A model generated the notes under the pieces. It searched no databases. It saw only the letters and a program-made list of their open reading frames with translations, and was not told the origin of the DNA. Made by a program: the position numbers and the translations under genes. Shown here in pieces: positions 1 to 8,097 of a stretch of DNA of 64,000 bases; positions within the stretch are counted from its first letter, which is position 1; each line of letters begins with the position of its first letter. The stretch spans positions 186,001-250,000 of IMG/VR virus record IMGVR_UViG_3300023174_000038. One strand, given 5' to 3'.

Positions 1-1
1 C

Positions 2-79
2 CCAAAAGATTATACGTTTAAAAAGCAATGGTGGGAATTTGACATATCTGGACTTATCATAAAACTGATAAAAATTTAA
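2..79 (+). CDS. 3' end of probable fatty acid (delta-9-type) desaturase, partial
   Basis: Reads PKDYTFKKQWWEFDISGLIIKLIKI*; WWEFD resembles the C-terminal WWE(I/F)D motif of acyl-lipid desaturases; next gene is desaturase-like. Confidence 0.55.
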   Translation, partial: PKDYTFKKQWWEFDISGLIIKLIKI

Positions 80-511
80 ATGTTTGTTTTGTATTTTTTG
101 TTATGGACTCTAATGTTATATTGGATCCATAGAATAGGTCATTATCTACCTGTGATGCGTAATATACATATGCATCATCATAGATTTGTACTACAACATA
201 AGACCACGTGGCATTGGTCTAATCTATTCTTGTTTAATGATGACTGGACTAGTACTATAGATTTATGGCTTACTGAAGTTATACCTACATTACTTTTTAG
301 TCTAGTAACAGGACAATGGTGGATAAGTATATTTTATTATATATGGGCAGCGTTTATACAAGAAACAATAGAACACAATAAAAATTTTAACACCCCTATA
401 TTAACTAGTGGCAAATGGCATTTAATACATCACCGCTCTACTTTTAATTACGGGTTGTTTATACCCATATGGGATATAATATTTAGGACATACATACGTG
501 TACACAAGTGA
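80..511 (+). CDS. Fatty acid hydroxylase / sterol desaturase family protein
   Basis: His boxes YWIHRIGH, HMHHH, EH, HLIHH, NYG and hydrophobic segments. Confidence 0.8.
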   Translation: MFVLYFLLWTLMLYWIHRIGHYLPVMRNIHMHHHRFVLQHKTTWHWSNLFLFNDDWTSTIDLWLTEVIPTLLFSLVTGQWWISIFYYIWAAFIQETIEHNKNFNTPILTSGKWHLIHHRSTFNYGLFIPIWDIIFRTYIRVHK

Positions 512-1424
512 AAACAATTGGTATCAATGGCAATATGGTGATGAACCACTATTTGGTCGTCAAACAAGTAATTTGCCGTTTAACACATTCTACAGTAAAT
601 CAGATGTGCTGATTGGTTCCTTTAAGGAAGAATTACAGAAGGCAGCAAAAAGTACATTGGATCATTACCCCGGATTAAAACCTTGCATATTCTTTAGTGG
701 TGGGGTAGATAGTGAATTGATTCTACGTGCTTATTTAGATATAGGTGCTAATCCTGAAGTATATATTGTACGATATAAAAACGATTTAAACATTTATGAT
801 GTAAGCTATGCTATAACCATTTGTACGATATTAAAAGTTGAATATAATTTAATAGATTTTAATTTACAACAATTTTATGAAAATGATGCTGAAAAAATAG
901 CAGAGGATGCTCAGATAGATCGTCCTAGAATGTTGCCTCACATTAAATTTACTGAATGTGCAGATGGATTAATTATTGTAGGTCATAGCGATATCCGATG
1001 GTATAGACCACACGATGATTATACTAAAAAAGCTACGTGGTTAGCACAAGACTTTGAGCATGATATTGGTTGTGACAAATATAATATATTGCACAATCGT
1101 CCTGCAATCTATCAATGGTGGAAATGGACACCCGGTTTAGTAATATCTTATACTCAACTTAAATGGTTTAAACAATTAGTCAATGATGAAATAATAGGAA
1201 AATTGGGACTTAATTCTTCAAAACTATTAGGATTCAGAGAAGCATATCCCGACTTAATAACTAGAGAAAAACAAACTGGTTTTGAAAAGACTGATGAATT
1301 AATAAATGAATTTGAATCTTTCCTCAAACAAAAATATAAAGGTTTGCCTTATAGACAACTAGTAAATAGAACGTTAGATGACCTATTGACAGAGATAATT
1401 GGAATCCCGCATGATATTAAGTAA
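498..1424 (+). CDS. PP-loop (adenine nucleotide alpha hydrolase-like) protein
   Basis: FFSGGVDSE motif; paralog of 20304-21209. Confidence 0.7.
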   Translation: MYTSENNWYQWQYGDEPLFGRQTSNLPFNTFYSKSDVLIGSFKEELQKAAKSTLDHYPGLKPCIFFSGGVDSELILRAYLDIGANPEVYIVRYKNDLNIYDVSYAITICTILKVEYNLIDFNLQQFYENDAEKIAEDAQIDRPRMLPHIKFTECADGLIIVGHSDIRWYRPHDDYTKKATWLAQDFEHDIGCDKYNILHNRPAIYQWWKWTPGLVISYTQLKWFKQLVNDEIIGKLGLNSSKLLGFREAYPDLITREKQTGFEKTDELINEFESFLKQKYKGLPYRQLVNRTLDDLLTEIIGIPHDIK

Positions 1425-2589
1425 TAAAACTAATGGCTATTACATTGTCAATGGTGTCTCTACTGGTAACAAATTACAAGCAATACTTGAGGCTAGTAAA
1501 ACAAAATCAGAATTACGTTGGAATTTCTATGATGATATATTTTCTGCAGCCAGTAGTAAATTCAACAACAATCACATATTGCTTAAAGAATTATATAGAG
1601 CAAGAGCCCAGCAATTAAGAGATAGTAATGAATATCTAATTCTAAATTATAGTGGCGGTAGCGATAGTCATAATATACTAATGACTTTTTTAGAGTATAA
1701 TATAAAACTAGATCATATTTTTGTTCAATGGCCTGAACAATTAATGGACAAAGGTATATATACTCCTAATAGATTAGACAGAACTAACGCAAATTTTCAC
1801 AGTGAATGGGATTTAGTATTAAAGAAAGACTTAGTTTGGTTGAGTAGTAAGTATCCTGAAATTACTATTGAGATAGCAGATTGGACTACTACAGTAAAAG
1901 AGCAATTTTACAAAGATGATATATTTGCCAATGATGTTAGTAACCTGCCTAGCATTGCTAGGGCCCAAAAACAAAATACATTTAGTATAACAGAAGGTAC
2001 GCTAGCACTTCAGGGCAAAAAAGTGGCTAGTATATTTGGAGTTGATAAGCCGTGTGTAATTCATAAAGAAGGTAAATGGTTCTTTTACTTTGTTGATACT
2101 GCTTGTATGGCTCAACCAAATCCTGATAATCCATATGGTACTGAGTATTTTTATTGGTCTCCTAATTTTCCTGATATTGCAGTAGCACAGGCTCATATGA
2201 TGAAACGTTATTTTGAAATAAATAATACCAAAGCATACTTAGTACAGGCACCGTCTGAGCGTATAAAAGTAGACCCGTCATTTATTAATATCAGCTATGA
2301 ACATCATTACCTTGAATATGCACAAGTAGCAGAAATTGCAAAACTAGTTTGTTATCCATATTGGGACTTCAATCGCTTTCAAGCAGATAAACCTTTTGCA
2401 GTATTAGATGGATTTAAATTGGGAACAAGAGCGTGGGATAATGTTCTTACTAAAATACCTAATTTTAACCGTGTACAACAAGCATGGGAATATCATTGGA
2501 AAAGTTATTTAAAACAGATAGATATGAAGTTTATGAGAAATCAGGACACAGTTAATGTTTGTAAAACTAAATGGCATCATTTTGGATAA
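1411..2589 (+). CDS. PP-loop (adenine nucleotide alpha hydrolase-like) protein
   Basis: NYSGGSDSH motif; ATG at 1411 preferred over TTG at 1399. Confidence 0.7.
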   Translation: MILSNKTNGYYIVNGVSTGNKLQAILEASKTKSELRWNFYDDIFSAASSKFNNNHILLKELYRARAQQLRDSNEYLILNYSGGSDSHNILMTFLEYNIKLDHIFVQWPEQLMDKGIYTPNRLDRTNANFHSEWDLVLKKDLVWLSSKYPEITIEIADWTTTVKEQFYKDDIFANDVSNLPSIARAQKQNTFSITEGTLALQGKKVASIFGVDKPCVIHKEGKWFFYFVDTACMAQPNPDNPYGTEYFYWSPNFPDIAVAQAHMMKRYFEINNTKAYLVQAPSERIKVDPSFINISYEHHYLEYAQVAEIAKLVCYPYWDFNRFQADKPFAVLDGFKLGTRAWDNVLTKIPNFNRVQQAWEYHWKSYLKQIDMKFMRNQDTVNVCKTKWHHFG

Positions 2590-2623
2590 TTTCCCGCAAT
2601 CTTAGGCTAGGAATAAATATTTT

Positions 2624-2938
2624 ATGTATACAATTTTTAAAAAACAAATAAGGGAGTCATTAAACATCCCTTTTTATTTTGAGAAACATCTTACACCAAA
2701 TGAGTATAAGGTATATTTTCACACTAATTTTGTTGTAAATGAAAAATTTATTTCACATGAAGTAACTTATTCAGAAGATAAATTAATTATTATTGACAAA
2801 TTAGTTTGGTCATCACGTGATGCATTTTTAGATTATGCGTCAGATGCATTTTGTTATGACATATTAATGTTTCCGAATAAAATGTATAATATTAAAAATA
2901 AAATTGCAACAGTAATATCAGTAGAGGGGATATCATAA
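2624..2938 (+). CDS. Small hypothetical protein, paralog of 3562-3867
   Basis: Shared pattern (R..NI.PFY; SEDKL/SDDNL; W.S.D); TAAATA 4 nt upstream of ATG. Confidence 0.7.
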   Translation: MYTIFKKQIRESLNIPFYFEKHLTPNEYKVYFHTNFVVNEKFISHEVTYSEDKLIIIDKLVWSSRDAFLDYASDAFCYDILMFPNKMYNIKNKIATVISVEGIS

Positions 2939-3528
2939 TGACAATAGGGTTACCAATTTGGAAGACGTTTGAATCCAACGATTTTTTTAAAGATTTACAG
3001 ATCCCTAAAGATTGGGATACATTAGAAGATTTTGTTAATTGGTATATGGAATCTAAAATTCCTATTATGATTCCATGGAATGCTAAAGTTATACGTAGTG
3101 ATGATGCTGTGGCTATTTCTATTTTCAGAAAAGGCCAGTATCAAGTAGAATTTTATTTAGAATATCCTGAAATGTATATACGTAAACATTCACATCCTAG
3201 AATGGAAGTTATAACTATGGATTTGGGTGGAGGAGGATTAACACCTAGAAATGAAAATAATACGTCAAGGATATGGGGTACTGCTTATATGAAATTATTA
3301 GCAGGCGAGTATCATGGTGGTGACACTAGTAGTTTATTAAGTAATGGTTTTTGCACACTTGCATTTCAAAAATGGGAAGATCCTACTGAAATGACTTCTG
3401 CAGCCATTCAATGGAAAGGTGAAATCCAAGGGCCTATTCAAGCAAAACTTATTAAAGATAATGTTAAAACAGCATTAGTTCAGGATAATTATGCAGATGC
3501 TACTGGAATAGATAAAAACAATCAATAA
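2938..3528 (+). CDS. Cupin-like protein, paralog 1
   Basis: HSHPxME and later HG; shares SDDA..I..FRKG..QVE.YL and WKG...GPI with 5018-5587. Confidence 0.6.
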   Translation: MTIGLPIWKTFESNDFFKDLQIPKDWDTLEDFVNWYMESKIPIMIPWNAKVIRSDDAVAISIFRKGQYQVEFYLEYPEMYIRKHSHPRMEVITMDLGGGGLTPRNENNTSRIWGTAYMKLLAGEYHGGDTSSLLSNGFCTLAFQKWEDPTEMTSAAIQWKGEIQGPIQAKLIKDNVKTALVQDNYADATGIDKNNQ

Positions 3529-3561
3529 TTGGACTAAATATTATAACGGAGAAAAACAATC

Positions 3562-3867
3562 ATGTCATACAAAATAACAAGAACAGTAGTCAGACCTAAC
3601 ATCAGCACACCTTTTTATGAAGACCATGCTGATACCACCATTATAGCTTCTTATATTCAAACTACTTACCAGAATACTAATAAAATGATAGAAAAAACTA
3701 CTACAATTAGTGATGATAATTTAACATCTGTTACCGAAATTACCTGGGATTCATCTGATAGTTGGAATGAATTTCTTACTGATAACTATTTAATGACAAC
3801 ATATTTTATGCCTAGTAAAATTTATGAAGGTACACATGGTATGTTTTCTACATTTGTAGGTGCTTAA
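3562..3867 (+). CDS. Small hypothetical protein, paralog of 2624-2938
   Basis: ORF with GGAG SD and TAAATA upstream. Confidence 0.7.
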   Translation: MSYKITRTVVRPNISTPFYEDHADTTIIASYIQTTYQNTNKMIEKTTTISDDNLTSVTEITWDSSDSWNEFLTDNYLMTTYFMPSKIYEGTHGMFSTFVGA

Positions 3868-3876
3868 ATTTGATGT

Positions 3877-5016
3877 ATGACTCATTTTAATCCTCATTCA
3901 AATGATTGGTTAAAAAATAAATTTGATATATATAAAGAACTTAGAGCTAGAGATAAAGCATACTGGAGTGAAACCTATCAATTATATGTTATTACTAGAT
4001 ATGCCGATGTAAAATATGCGCTAAGTGAACATGATATCTTCTCATCTGCTAAGGGAAACTTAATAGTAGAAATGCCCTTTAGATTTGGCAGAACGTTAGG
4101 TGCTAGTGACAACCCATCACATGATGTATTTAAAAATATAGTAAAAAATGCGTATAGTAAGGATAATATAAATCGTATAGTAGATTTATTTTCTATTAAG
4201 GCAATAGAGTTACTTGAGAATAAACAATCGTTTAATGTTTCTACCGTTATAGAAGAACTAAGTGCTTGGGTAACTGCAGAAATATTAAACCTACCTTATG
4301 ATAAAGAACAGGTTAAAAATATCATTTTAGGTATACAGCGTCATAGTCCAGGATGTGTTTCAGTTAATGTAGATAGAACGTATTTAAATATATTTACTAA
4401 GTTACTTGATGACTTAACATCTAGAAAAGTAAAACCCACTGGTCCGGGTATATATAAAGAATTTATGACTAATCATCCAGATGTACAACCGGTAATGTCT
4501 TTGTTTCATGGACCAACTATATCCGGAGCTAGTTCACTTACCGGAGCATTAGAATTTTTAACATTAGATGTAGTTAGAGAAAATCAATTAGATATATTAT
4601 TAGAAGATAGGAATAATATTCCCAGCGTAATAGAAGAATCATTAAGATTTCATGCATCAACTGGTAGATTTTCTAGAACAGTAACTAAAGATGTAACACT
4701 ACATGGGATTGACCTTAAACCAGGTGATAGAGTTGCGTTATGTTTAGAATCTGCAAATAGAGACCCTGAAAAATTCATAGACCCTGAGAAATTCATTCTT
4801 AATAGAAGTACAGTTGGTCAATTAGCATTTGGTCATGGATTACATGCTTGTATAGCATTAGCTATTAGTAAATCAATAATGACTAAATATTTAGATATAT
4901 TATTAGATGTTGTTGGCAAATACAAAATAACAACATCTAATTCTGAATTAGAATATGTAATGACTGCATCCGGCAATGATGATATGATATCTAATATATG
5001 TATAGAAAAAATATAA
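3877..5016 (+). CDS. Cytochrome P450
   Basis: EESLR (ExxR), SANRDPEKF, heme motif FGHGLHACIA. Confidence 0.93.
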   Translation: MTHFNPHSNDWLKNKFDIYKELRARDKAYWSETYQLYVITRYADVKYALSEHDIFSSAKGNLIVEMPFRFGRTLGASDNPSHDVFKNIVKNAYSKDNINRIVDLFSIKAIELLENKQSFNVSTVIEELSAWVTAEILNLPYDKEQVKNIILGIQRHSPGCVSVNVDRTYLNIFTKLLDDLTSRKVKPTGPGIYKEFMTNHPDVQPVMSLFHGPTISGASSLTGALEFLTLDVVRENQLDILLEDRNNIPSVIEESLRFHASTGRFSRTVTKDVTLHGIDLKPGDRVALCLESANRDPEKFIDPEKFILNRSTVGQLAFGHGLHACIALAISKSIMTKYLDILLDVVGKYKITTSNSELEYVMTASGNDDMISNICIEKI

Positions 5017-5017
5017 T

Positions 5018-5587
5018 ATGACAACTAGATACAATGATAATCCTGACTATGTAAGAAAGGCATTCAATCAACTAGCAGATCCATTTGCTGATTTTGTTGT
5101 GCCTGAAACTTGGGACAACGTACAAGAATTTGCAGATTGGTGGATGGGAATACGTATGCCTATTGTTTTTCCTAAGTATCCGGAAGTATTTTTGTCAGAT
5201 GATGCTACTGCTATATGTTTATTCCGTAAAGGACGATTTCAAGTTGAGTTGTATTTAATACACCCAAAGCCCGGTGTTCCAACACATGAACATCCTGATG
5301 TTGAAGTGATTAAAATACGTACCGGGTTACCCGGAGGACCAGTAGCAAGTGATGTATTATATAATGGTCAAGCACACGGGTCTGGTATGAAATTAGAAGC
5401 AGAGATAAGAGGGTTCCCCTTACTTGCCATTCAGCATTGGCTTACTAGGGAGCCTACTACTATTGCATCAATGTGGAAAGGTCCTACTGCAGGACCTATA
5501 CATGAAGCACTTATACGCAGATACAATCCAGATGCGTATGTAATAGAAGGCTATGCAGATATTACACAAAAGATGAATAAGTCATAG
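5018..5587 (+). CDS. Cupin-like protein, paralog 2
   Basis: HEHPDVE and AHG motifs; similar to 2938-3528. Confidence 0.6.
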   Translation: MTTRYNDNPDYVRKAFNQLADPFADFVVPETWDNVQEFADWWMGIRMPIVFPKYPEVFLSDDATAICLFRKGRFQVELYLIHPKPGVPTHEHPDVEVIKIRTGLPGGPVASDVLYNGQAHGSGMKLEAEIRGFPLLAIQHWLTREPTTIASMWKGPTAGPIHEALIRRYNPDAYVIEGYADITQKMNKS

Positions 5588-6055
5588 TGACTTTAACATT
5601 TCTTCATGAATAGGACCTAGTGGCTCTCCACGATATTCTATAGTAGCACTTAATGGGTTTTTGATATCGGCAGGCCAACGTTGAATGTTATAAACTACTG
5701 CACCACGTGGTCCTATATCAAACCCATGTGTAATACTACTAGGACTAATTTTTCCTATAACACCCACATCTTCATCAGTAAGAACAATTGTCATAAGTGG
5801 TACAGGGTCGGGAAATTTAAGATAAGCAGTCATATCCCCACTTATAAAAATTACTTGATTCTCAAAAGGATGTGAATGCATTACTGTTGTTTTGTTTGGA
5901 AACAATAAGTAATATTCAATTACTACATTACCCTCAACCCATGCTAATGTACTAGCACTAGTGTCGGTATAGAAAACTCTATTATTTGGGATGTTAGGCA
6001 TATGGCAAAAACCACTGTCAACAAACGATTGTATTATCTCATCTGCGCTACGCAT
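5582..6055 (-). CDS. Cupin-like protein, paralog 3
   Basis: HSHPFEN, THG, EYRGEPLGPIHE matching paralogs 1 and 2. Confidence 0.6.
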   Translation of the reverse strand: MRSADEIIQSFVDSGFCHMPNIPNNRVFYTDTSASTLAWVEGNVVIEYYLLFPNKTTVMHSHPFENQVIFISGDMTAYLKFPDPVPLMTIVLTDEDVGVIGKISPSSITHGFDIGPRGAVVYNIQRWPADIKNPLSATIEYRGEPLGPIHEEMLKSL

Positions 6056-6134
6056 ATTTTAGTACTCTCTTTCAATATATTTATTCACATTTAGTACTCA
6101 TATTGATTTTTGGGTCATTTGTTTTTTAAAATGC

Positions 6135-6163
6135 TTGACATTAATTCTTGGCTGTGTTATACT
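6135..6163 (+). promoter_or_regulatory. Sigma70-type promoter
   Basis: TTGACA-17 nt-TATACT. Confidence 0.8.
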
Positions 6164-6227
6164 TCAGCATGAATTGAAAAAAGGTGTAAAAATACACTAA
6201 TTTACAACCAGGACTAAATAAAAGACT

Positions 6228-6365
6228 ATGATGAATAAAACTTGTAACATGCTAAAGCATATCGGACAGTGGCTAACGTTAGTCAGTGTATCCTTTGTAC
6301 CAGCATATCCAACAAGTATTCGCGGTTCAAATGATAACCAAGAAAGAACCCCGGGGACTAGGTAA
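6228..6365 (+). CDS. Putative attenuator leader peptide (45 aa, all 20 amino acids)
   Basis: MMNKTCNMLKHIGQWLTLVSVSFVPAYPTSIRGSNDNQERTPGTR*; TAAATA at 6215-6220; terminator follows. Confidence 0.65.
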   Translation: MMNKTCNMLKHIGQWLTLVSVSFVPAYPTSIRGSNDNQERTPGTR

Positions 6366-6392
6366 CAAGTTAACATCATAACAACTTTATCT

Positions 6393-6433
6393 AACCCCTG
6401 GGAAACTAAAAAGTCTCAGGGGTTTTTGCTTTT
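6393..6433 (+). terminator. Intrinsic terminator / attenuator hairpin
   Basis: AACCCCTGGGA...TCTCAGGGGTT stem followed by TTTGCTTTT. Confidence 0.8.
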
Positions 6434-6445
6434 ACAGAGAGGAAT

Positions 6446-6474
6446 TTGACAAGAAATGGATAAACAGATAGAAT
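6446..6474 (+). promoter_or_regulatory. Sigma70-type promoter
   Basis: TTGACA-17 nt-TAGAAT. Confidence 0.65.
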
Positions 6475-6623
6475 ACAAAACTTCTGAAAACAAACGTGAT
6501 TGGTTTAGCAATCATGTTTTGACTAAGGAACAAGTAGCACAGTTGATAGAGAATAAACTTCAACGTGCTAAAGTCTATCAAGAGGCTATTGAGAAAGTTA
6601 AAAAACTAACTTATACCAATTGA
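6456..6623 (+). CDS. Small hypothetical protein (55 aa)
   Basis: MDKQIEYKTSENKRDWFSNHVLTKEQVAQLIENKLQRAKVYQEAIEKVKKLTYTN*; GAGG upstream. Confidence 0.55.
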   Translation: MDKQIEYKTSENKRDWFSNHVLTKEQVAQLIENKLQRAKVYQEAIEKVKKLTYTN

Positions 6624-6624
6624 T

Positions 6625-6750
6625 AGATAGCGTGAATAGGCAACGAGAGCCGTAATACAGCGCAAAATGTATAGAATGGGCGGACTGAGGCATAAAATCT
6701 GTGGCGGTAACACAGAAAGTCAGAATCAGGCGGAGGTAACGATCTCCGCA
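6625..6750 (+). ncRNA. Candidate structured ncRNA A
   Basis: GC-enriched non-coding stretch; hairpins TCTGTG/CACAGA and GCGGAG/CTCCGC. Confidence 0.45.
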
Positions 6751-6759
6751 GAAAAGGAT

Positions 6760-7374
6760 TTAGTTCCTTTTCTTATATAAATCTCTTTCATTATTGTAAC
6801 GATTGAATTTACGACCTTTAATCCAACCCTGGTCATAATAGTGAGGATAAAGCGCATATGGAATACATTGACTCTTGCTCAAATCAAAGTTTGAAACCCA
6901 GATAGTATTTCCTTTAGCATTTCCTTTCCTTTCTTTTGTCCAACTAAGGCGTTGTCCATGTGAACTGGCCGCTAGGTATTTTTCACGATAAACGGCATCA
7001 TTTAACATTCTATCTCGGTGCTTTAATCCTGCAATCTTAGCAGCCTTGGTTTGCTGTCCCGGTTGATGTCCTTGATTAGGTAATGTGTTTATATAAGAAA
7101 AGGAACCGTGGCCCCCTTCTACTATATTATAAGTAGTGTCTAAACTAACGAAATCCGCGTTTACGACCTGTTTTTCTCTAAATAACATTGATTCTTTGTC
7201 ATTGAAGTGTTCAATGATTTCTTTGACAAAATTCTCTTTACCATATTTTTTGATTGCACGATGAAGATTCAGACCGGATCCAAAGTACCCATCATTTAAG
7301 TCGGAAGTTTGATGAACACCTATATAGATTTTATTATTTAATGTATTGGTGATTTTGTATAGATAATAGAACAT
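6760..7374 (-). CDS. GIY-YIG homing endonuclease (Seg-like)
   Basis: YLYKITN...KIYIG, YFGSG, AIKKYGKENF, YNIVEGG. Confidence 0.88.
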   Translation of the reverse strand: MFYYLYKITNTLNNKIYIGVHQTSDLNDGYFGSGLNLHRAIKKYGKENFVKEIIEHFNDKESMLFREKQVVNADFVSLDTTYNIVEGGHGSFSYINTLPNQGHQPGQQTKAAKIAGLKHRDRMLNDAVYREKYLAASSHGQRLSWTKERKGNAKGNTIWVSNFDLSKSQCIPYALYPHYYDQGWIKGRKFNRYNNERDLYKKRN

Positions 7375-7428
7375 ATTGTATTTATACGGACAGTAAGATG
7401 AAACTATATTAATATACTAACCCTATCA

Positions 7429-7529
7429 TGTCGTGTAGTGATACACGGCATTCTAAAACATACATCGTGGAAAATAAGGCCAAGAGGGCAACCCTGTTGA
7501 TTAGGGTGTACTATGTGTGTTTTAGAATG
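7429..7529 (+). ncRNA. Candidate structured ncRNA B (long closing stem)
   Basis: Hairpin TGTCGTGTA/TACACGGCA then 17-bp stem CATTCTAAAACATACAT/ATGTGTGTTTTAGAATG ending at the tRNA-Arg start. Confidence 0.55.
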
Positions 7530-7605
7530 CGACCGTAACTCAGTGGATTAGAGTACCTGTCTACGAAATAGGGAGTCGGAGGTTCAAGTCCTTCCGGTCG
7601 CACCA
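7529..7605 (+). tRNA. tRNA-Arg(ACG)
   Basis: Cloverleaf, anticodon arm CCTGT-CT ACG AA-ATAGG, encoded CCA. Confidence 0.95.
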
Positions 7606-7611
7606 ATATAT

Positions 7612-7687
7612 GGGACCATAGCTCAGTCGGTAGAGCAGTGGACTTTTAATCCATTGGTCGGGCGTTCGAACCGCCCTGGTCCCACCA
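7612..7687 (+). tRNA. tRNA-Lys(TTT)
   Basis: GTGGA-CT TTT AA-TCCAT, CCA. Confidence 0.95.
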
Positions 7688-7693
7688 TAATAT

Positions 7694-7783
7694 GGAAACG
7701 TGGCAGAGTTTGGTTTATTGCAACAGTCTTGAAAACTGTCGGTCCGAAAGGGCCCGTGAGTTCAAATCTCACCGTTTCTACCA
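7694..7783 (+). tRNA. tRNA-Ser(TGA)
   Basis: ACAGT-CT TGA AA-ACTGT, long variable arm, CCA. Confidence 0.95.
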
Positions 7784-7784
7784 T

Positions 7785-7861
7785 GGTGCTTGTCGTCAAG
7801 CGGTTAAGACCTCGGATTGTGATTCCGATATGCGTGGGTTCAAATCCCATCAAGCACCCCA
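7785..7861 (+). tRNA. tRNA-His(GTG)
   Basis: TCGGA-TT GTG AT-TCCGA, G-1:C73, CCA. Confidence 0.95.
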
Positions 7862-7862
7862 T

Positions 7863-7937
7863 GGATGTATAGCACAGCGGTAGTGCAATTCCTTCATACG
7901 GAATAGGTCAGTAGTTCAAATCTACTTACATCCACCA
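7863..7937 (+). tRNA. tRNA-Met(CAT), probably elongator
   Basis: ATTCC-TT CAT AC-GGAAT, CCA. Confidence 0.85.
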
Positions 7938-7942
7938 AACAT

Positions 7943-8016
7943 GCCCGGTTAGTTAAAAAGTATAACACACCCCTGATAAGGGTGAATCAGAGGAGCATTA
8001 CCTCTACTGGGTACCA
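7943..8016 (+). tRNA. tRNA-Ile(GAT), atypical D and T loops
   Basis: CACCC-CT GAT AA-GGGTG; acceptor GCCCGGT/ACTGGGT-A-CCA; T loop AGCATTA. Confidence 0.8.
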
Positions 8017-8023
8017 AATTTAC

Positions 8024-8097
8024 TGGGGGTTAGTTAAATGGTATAACATCGGATTTTGATTCCGAGATCACAAGTTCAATTCTTGTACCCTCTGCCA
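8024..8097 (+). tRNA. tRNA-Gln(TTG)
   Basis: TCGGA-TT TTG AT-TCCGA, CCA. Confidence 0.92.

Noticed and set aside
6197-6379. Minus-strand 60-aa ORF
   Set aside because: Antisense to the leader ORF; promoter and terminator orientation favour the plus strand.
6625-7450. Group I intron around the GIY-YIG gene
   Set aside because: No recognisable P7 core sequences, no interrupted host gene, and the endonuclease is antisense.
7623-7883. ORFs 7623-7862, 7654-7872 and 7692-7883
   Set aside because: They lie entirely over tRNA genes.
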